IMG/VR virus record: IMGVR_UViG_3300034062_000507
Source of the DNA: an uncultured virus (IMG/VR IMGVR_UViG_3300034062_000507)
Taxonomy: Duplodnaviria > Heunggongvirae > Uroviricota > Caudoviricetes
DNA: 64,000 nt
Strand: one strand, 5' to 3'
Program-made: the position numbers and the translations under genes
Shown: in pieces, positions 61,484 to 64,000 of the stretch
Position numbering within the stretch: position 1 is the stretch's first letter
Layout of the letters: every line of letters begins with the position of its first letter
Notes under the pieces: model-generated
What the model saw: only the letters and a program-made list of their open reading frames with translations
Database searches by the model: none
What the model was told of the DNA's origin: nothing

Positions 61484-61915
61484 TCAAGCTCCTATCTGTA
61501 TCGTTACTGTACCAATTTGTACGCCCAACAACAAGTAGTTTGGTGTTAGTACGCTATCAAAACCTTGTGCCCCGCCAACCGGGTTCCACCCCCACTGAAT
61601 ATCTCTACTACCTTGGTTTGGAAAGCCAAAACCATCTGGCGCGGTGCTGTTAGTCAATAGAATTTGCAGCCCGCTAGTTCCTGATTGCGTATAGCTTACA
61701 TCAGGGCGCGGCTCTCGTACAGCCTGTGGGTCATCCACTGGGTACATACCCAACTGCAACTGCGGCTGATCCGGGTCCCAGCACTCTGGACACACCTTCA
61801 AATTGAATAGGCGCGTCTTAATGATCTCTTTCTTCAGGTCTTTAAGCATGTACCGCTGATCACAGCGGTCACACTGGGCAATTGCATATTTACCTGAGGC
61901 GTATCTACTGGACAT
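61484..61915 (-). CDS. Zinc-finger-containing late protein
   Basis: CDRC...CPEC, then PQL..DPQAVREPRPD. Confidence 0.7.
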   Translation of the reverse strand: MSSRYASGKYAIAQCDRCDQRYMLKDLKKEIIKTRLFNLKVCPECWDPDQPQLQLGMYPVDDPQAVREPRPDVSYTQSGTSGLQILLTNSTAPDGFGFPNQGSRDIQWGWNPVGGAQGFDSVLTPNYLLLGVQIGTVTIQIGA

Positions 61916-61918
61916 ACA

Positions 61919-62857
61919 TCACCTGTAGAACATCTGTCGCGGGACAAAACGAGCAGGAGCCTTTTCACGATCTTCTTGTGAGGCTAACGTCCACTGTTCC
62001 TCGTACGCAGCTTTAAGCATCGCAATACGCTCCATAGGCACGTCGGAACGTTTTGAGCCAACATAATACGCTAGACCAGCCACTACGCACGGGATCAGCC
62101 GGAACGGGATATCCTGCACGTTAACGCCGTTGCCGGCATCTTGCATGCGGCGCATGCGCCAGTATACGAACACGTACTGATCGCCGGGGGCGTTAGGGGT
62201 CGGCCACACATTTACAGACGTGAGATTATTGATCGTTACAGCCGCGCCTATTGCATGGTTAGCAGCAGTTGTGTTGGCGACTCCGTTGTACTGACCACGA
62301 TAGCAGTTGAGCAGCTGATTGCCGCTGACGTTTGCGTAGTAGATGGTCTCTGAACCAATCGTGATAAACCCTGTAGCAGGCAGAGTTGTAGTGGAACTAA
62401 GAGTGATGGTTGTATCTGTTGATAGCACTGCCGTAGCCACAGTTGCGTCGGACAGATAGCTTTCGTTTGATTGGCGGTTGATCCACATCTGAATGGGGCG
62501 ACCCTGAGACAGCTTATTCGGCAGGGTGGAGTACGTGGACTCAGATATGCGGCTGATGTTGATGTCAATCTGGTTAGGCGTGGTCGCCTGCGTGCGGATA
62601 ACCTGATCCAACAAATCAATCGTAGTACTAGGCAAAGCATAGACGCCTTGCCCGGTATTCATTACGAATTGGCCTTGCTCAATAGTCCATAAATTGATAC
62701 CACGGTTGGCCCATTCAATCGTCAACATGTTGAAAGAGCGGCGTGCGGTACGAAACTCATAGCCAGTACGAACCTCAAGACCCGCCCGCTCATACGCCTC
62801 CTCAACAATATCGTTGAAGTCTAGGTTAAAGGTAGAGAGTCCTGAAGTGGAAGCCAT
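61919..62857 (-). CDS. Putative tail tubular / adaptor protein with inserted beta domain
   Basis: IVEEAYERAG...TARRS.N....WANRG.NLW...VWPTP...GLAYY pattern. Confidence 0.65.
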   Translation of the reverse strand: MASTSGLSTFNLDFNDIVEEAYERAGLEVRTGYEFRTARRSFNMLTIEWANRGINLWTIEQGQFVMNTGQGVYALPSTTIDLLDQVIRTQATTPNQIDINISRISESTYSTLPNKLSQGRPIQMWINRQSNESYLSDATVATAVLSTDTTITLSSTTTLPATGFITIGSETIYYANVSGNQLLNCYRGQYNGVANTTAANHAIGAAVTINNLTSVNVWPTPNAPGDQYVFVYWRMRRMQDAGNGVNVQDIPFRLIPCVVAGLAYYVGSKRSDVPMERIAMLKAAYEEQWTLASQEDREKAPARFVPRQMFYR

Positions 62858-63090
62858 TATCTAAATCCCGCTGTTTTCTTTGCGACCGTTTTAGGTTGGG
62901 CTACGAATTGCTTCCCGGCTTTTTTGCCAGCACGCTTTGCACGAGTTGTAGCAGCATACTCAGCCGGGCTGAGACTTTTGATCGCAGCTTCTGGAAGGTA
63001 TCGCTCACCTGTTTTACTAGACGGTTTTCCACTTTTGGTTCTCCATTTTTGGTCGCCCCAATCCTTTAGGGATTTCTGTGGTGCTTTCAT
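62857..63090 (-). CDS. Small Lys-rich protein
   Basis: 77 aa, QKSLKDW..QKWRT...GERYLP. Confidence 0.7.
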   Translation of the reverse strand: MKAPQKSLKDWGDQKWRTKSGKPSSKTGERYLPEAAIKSLSPAEYAATTRAKRAGKKAGKQFVAQPKTVAKKTAGFR

Positions 63091-63091
63091 C

Positions 63092-63367
63092 TCAGTCTCG
63101 ATACCCGCCGCCAGCAGCCTTGTACTTCTTGGCCACAAGCTGCGCTTTTCTCGCGCTCCATTGCCCTGCGCCAGTGCCCTGCGTTGCTGCGGCTTTTACC
63201 TGCGACACAATCCGCTTGCGCAGACTGGGCTTGGTGTAGTTGCCAGCCGCGTTTACCTTGCCACCCTCTTTGTACTGGGTGAAATCAGTGTCATCCCGTC
63301 GCGCCTTTTTCTTAGCGCCGGGCATTTTGGAAGGGCGGATATCGCCCATACCTCGGGATGCCAACAT
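63092..63367 (-). CDS. Small basic protein (DUF5872-like)
   Basis: NYTKP.LR...GQWSARKAQL..KKYK.AGGGY; family recalled, not searched. Confidence 0.65.
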   Translation of the reverse strand: MLASRGMGDIRPSKMPGAKKKARRDDTDFTQYKEGGKVNAAGNYTKPSLRKRIVSQVKAAATQGTGAGQWSARKAQLVAKKYKAAGGGYRD

Positions 63368-63377
63368 GATTTAATCC

Positions 63378-63599
63378 TTAACAAATAGTGCCGCGAGTTT
63401 TGCCTTTGGTAGCGATACCATCAGCGCGCTTAGAAGCTGAACCAGTAGAACCGCCTTTGGCGAACGCCTTTGGCTTGCTAGGCTTTGGTTTTGGCTTAGG
63501 AGCCGAACCACCATCAATATCCTGCGGGGGAGGAAGGCCGGAGTCTTCCGTATAAACGCCATCTTTGATGCCGCGTGATTTTTTCATCTCGTCGTTCAT
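63378..63599 (-). CDS. Small basic protein
   Basis: 73 aa, AAGGAG RBS; FAKGG and RADGIATKGKTRG. Confidence 0.65.
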   Translation of the reverse strand: MNDEMKKSRGIKDGVYTEDSGLPPPQDIDGGSAPKPKPKPSKPKAFAKGGSTGSASKRADGIATKGKTRGTIC

Positions 63600-63608
63600 A
63601 AGAACTCC

Positions 63609-64000
63609 TTAGCAGGTCTTGCCGCCACTCTTCATAGTGATCATTTTGCCTTTGGTTTTACCCTTGGCTTCGATGCCGCCACCTTTAGCCGCGAAGATAG
63701 GCACTTTTTTGCCATCTTTCATTTTCATAGGCATGCCACCTTTTTTCATGCCCATAGCTGTATCAGCCATAGGAGTAGGCTTCTTCATGCCGTCTTTGGC
63801 AGTGCTCATGCCGGGTTTCATTGTGGGCTTGCCCATTTTTGTAGTAGCCATAGTATCACCGCCTTTTGAAAATTTGCGGCCCTTGTCCGCGTTTGAGAAC
63901 TCTTTGCCCACGGATTGTGGGACGCCTGCTTTCTTAGCAAACGCTGGGTTGTTAGCCACCGCTGCCATTAAATTATGTTGTTTCTTACTCGTACTTGGCA
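63609..64000 (-). CDS. Small Lys/Met/Gly-rich protein; start lies at or just beyond the right edge
   Basis: Frame stays open upstream of 63968 and reads (M)PSTSKKQHNLMAAVANN; the window ends at TG-CCA, consistent with an ATG starting at 64001. Confidence 0.7.
   Translation of the reverse strand, partial: PSTSKKQHNLMAAVANNPAFAKKAGVPQSVGKEFSNADKGRKFSKGGDTMATTKMGKPTMKPGMSTAKDGMKKPTPMADTAMGMKKGGMPMKMKDGKKVPIFAAKGGGIEAKGKTKGKMITMKSGGKTC

Noticed and set aside
1..64000. Lysogeny module, tRNAs, alternative genetic code
   Set aside because: No recombinase or CI-type peptidase motifs and no cloverleaf noticed by eye; genes are intact and tightly packed under the standard code.

Overview
The window holds most of a ~64+ kb tailed dsDNA phage genome (podovirus-like, P22/T7-style portal, tail and ejection proteins). 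Three blocks: (1) minus strand 1-10151, head and packaging (TerS, TerL, portal, GroES co-chaperonin, scaffold, major capsid protein, minor virion proteins); (2) plus strand 10489-35024, early and replication genes (tandem paralog pair, probable origin, AAA+/peptidase-VWA module, VRR-NUC, DUF3310-like protein, family A DNA polymerase, PD-(D/E)XK exonuclease, HNH-like protein, SNF2 helicase, primase-DUF927 helicase); (3) minus strand 35021-64000, a 2365-aa zincin-bearing ejection protein, other internal proteins, tail nozzle, GH19 lysis cassette, modular tail-fibre array and a cluster of small Lys-rich proteins. Blocks 3 and 1 read as one late unit across the window edges, suggesting a circularly permuted genome. 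No integrase, tRNA, CRISPR array or reverse transcriptase was seen. The most unusual signals are non-coding or motif-level: about 13 copies of a CCCAC-N6-GTGG palindrome in the early region, a repeated cassette architecture (terminator, conserved ~42-bp box, palindrome, promoter, 5' hairpin), two late-gene leaders with the same pseudoknot topology, two more structured intergenic RNAs, and a recurrent hydrophobic-x-x-GG motif shared by ejection proteins and small basic proteins. Family names come from motif recognition by eye; no database search was run.
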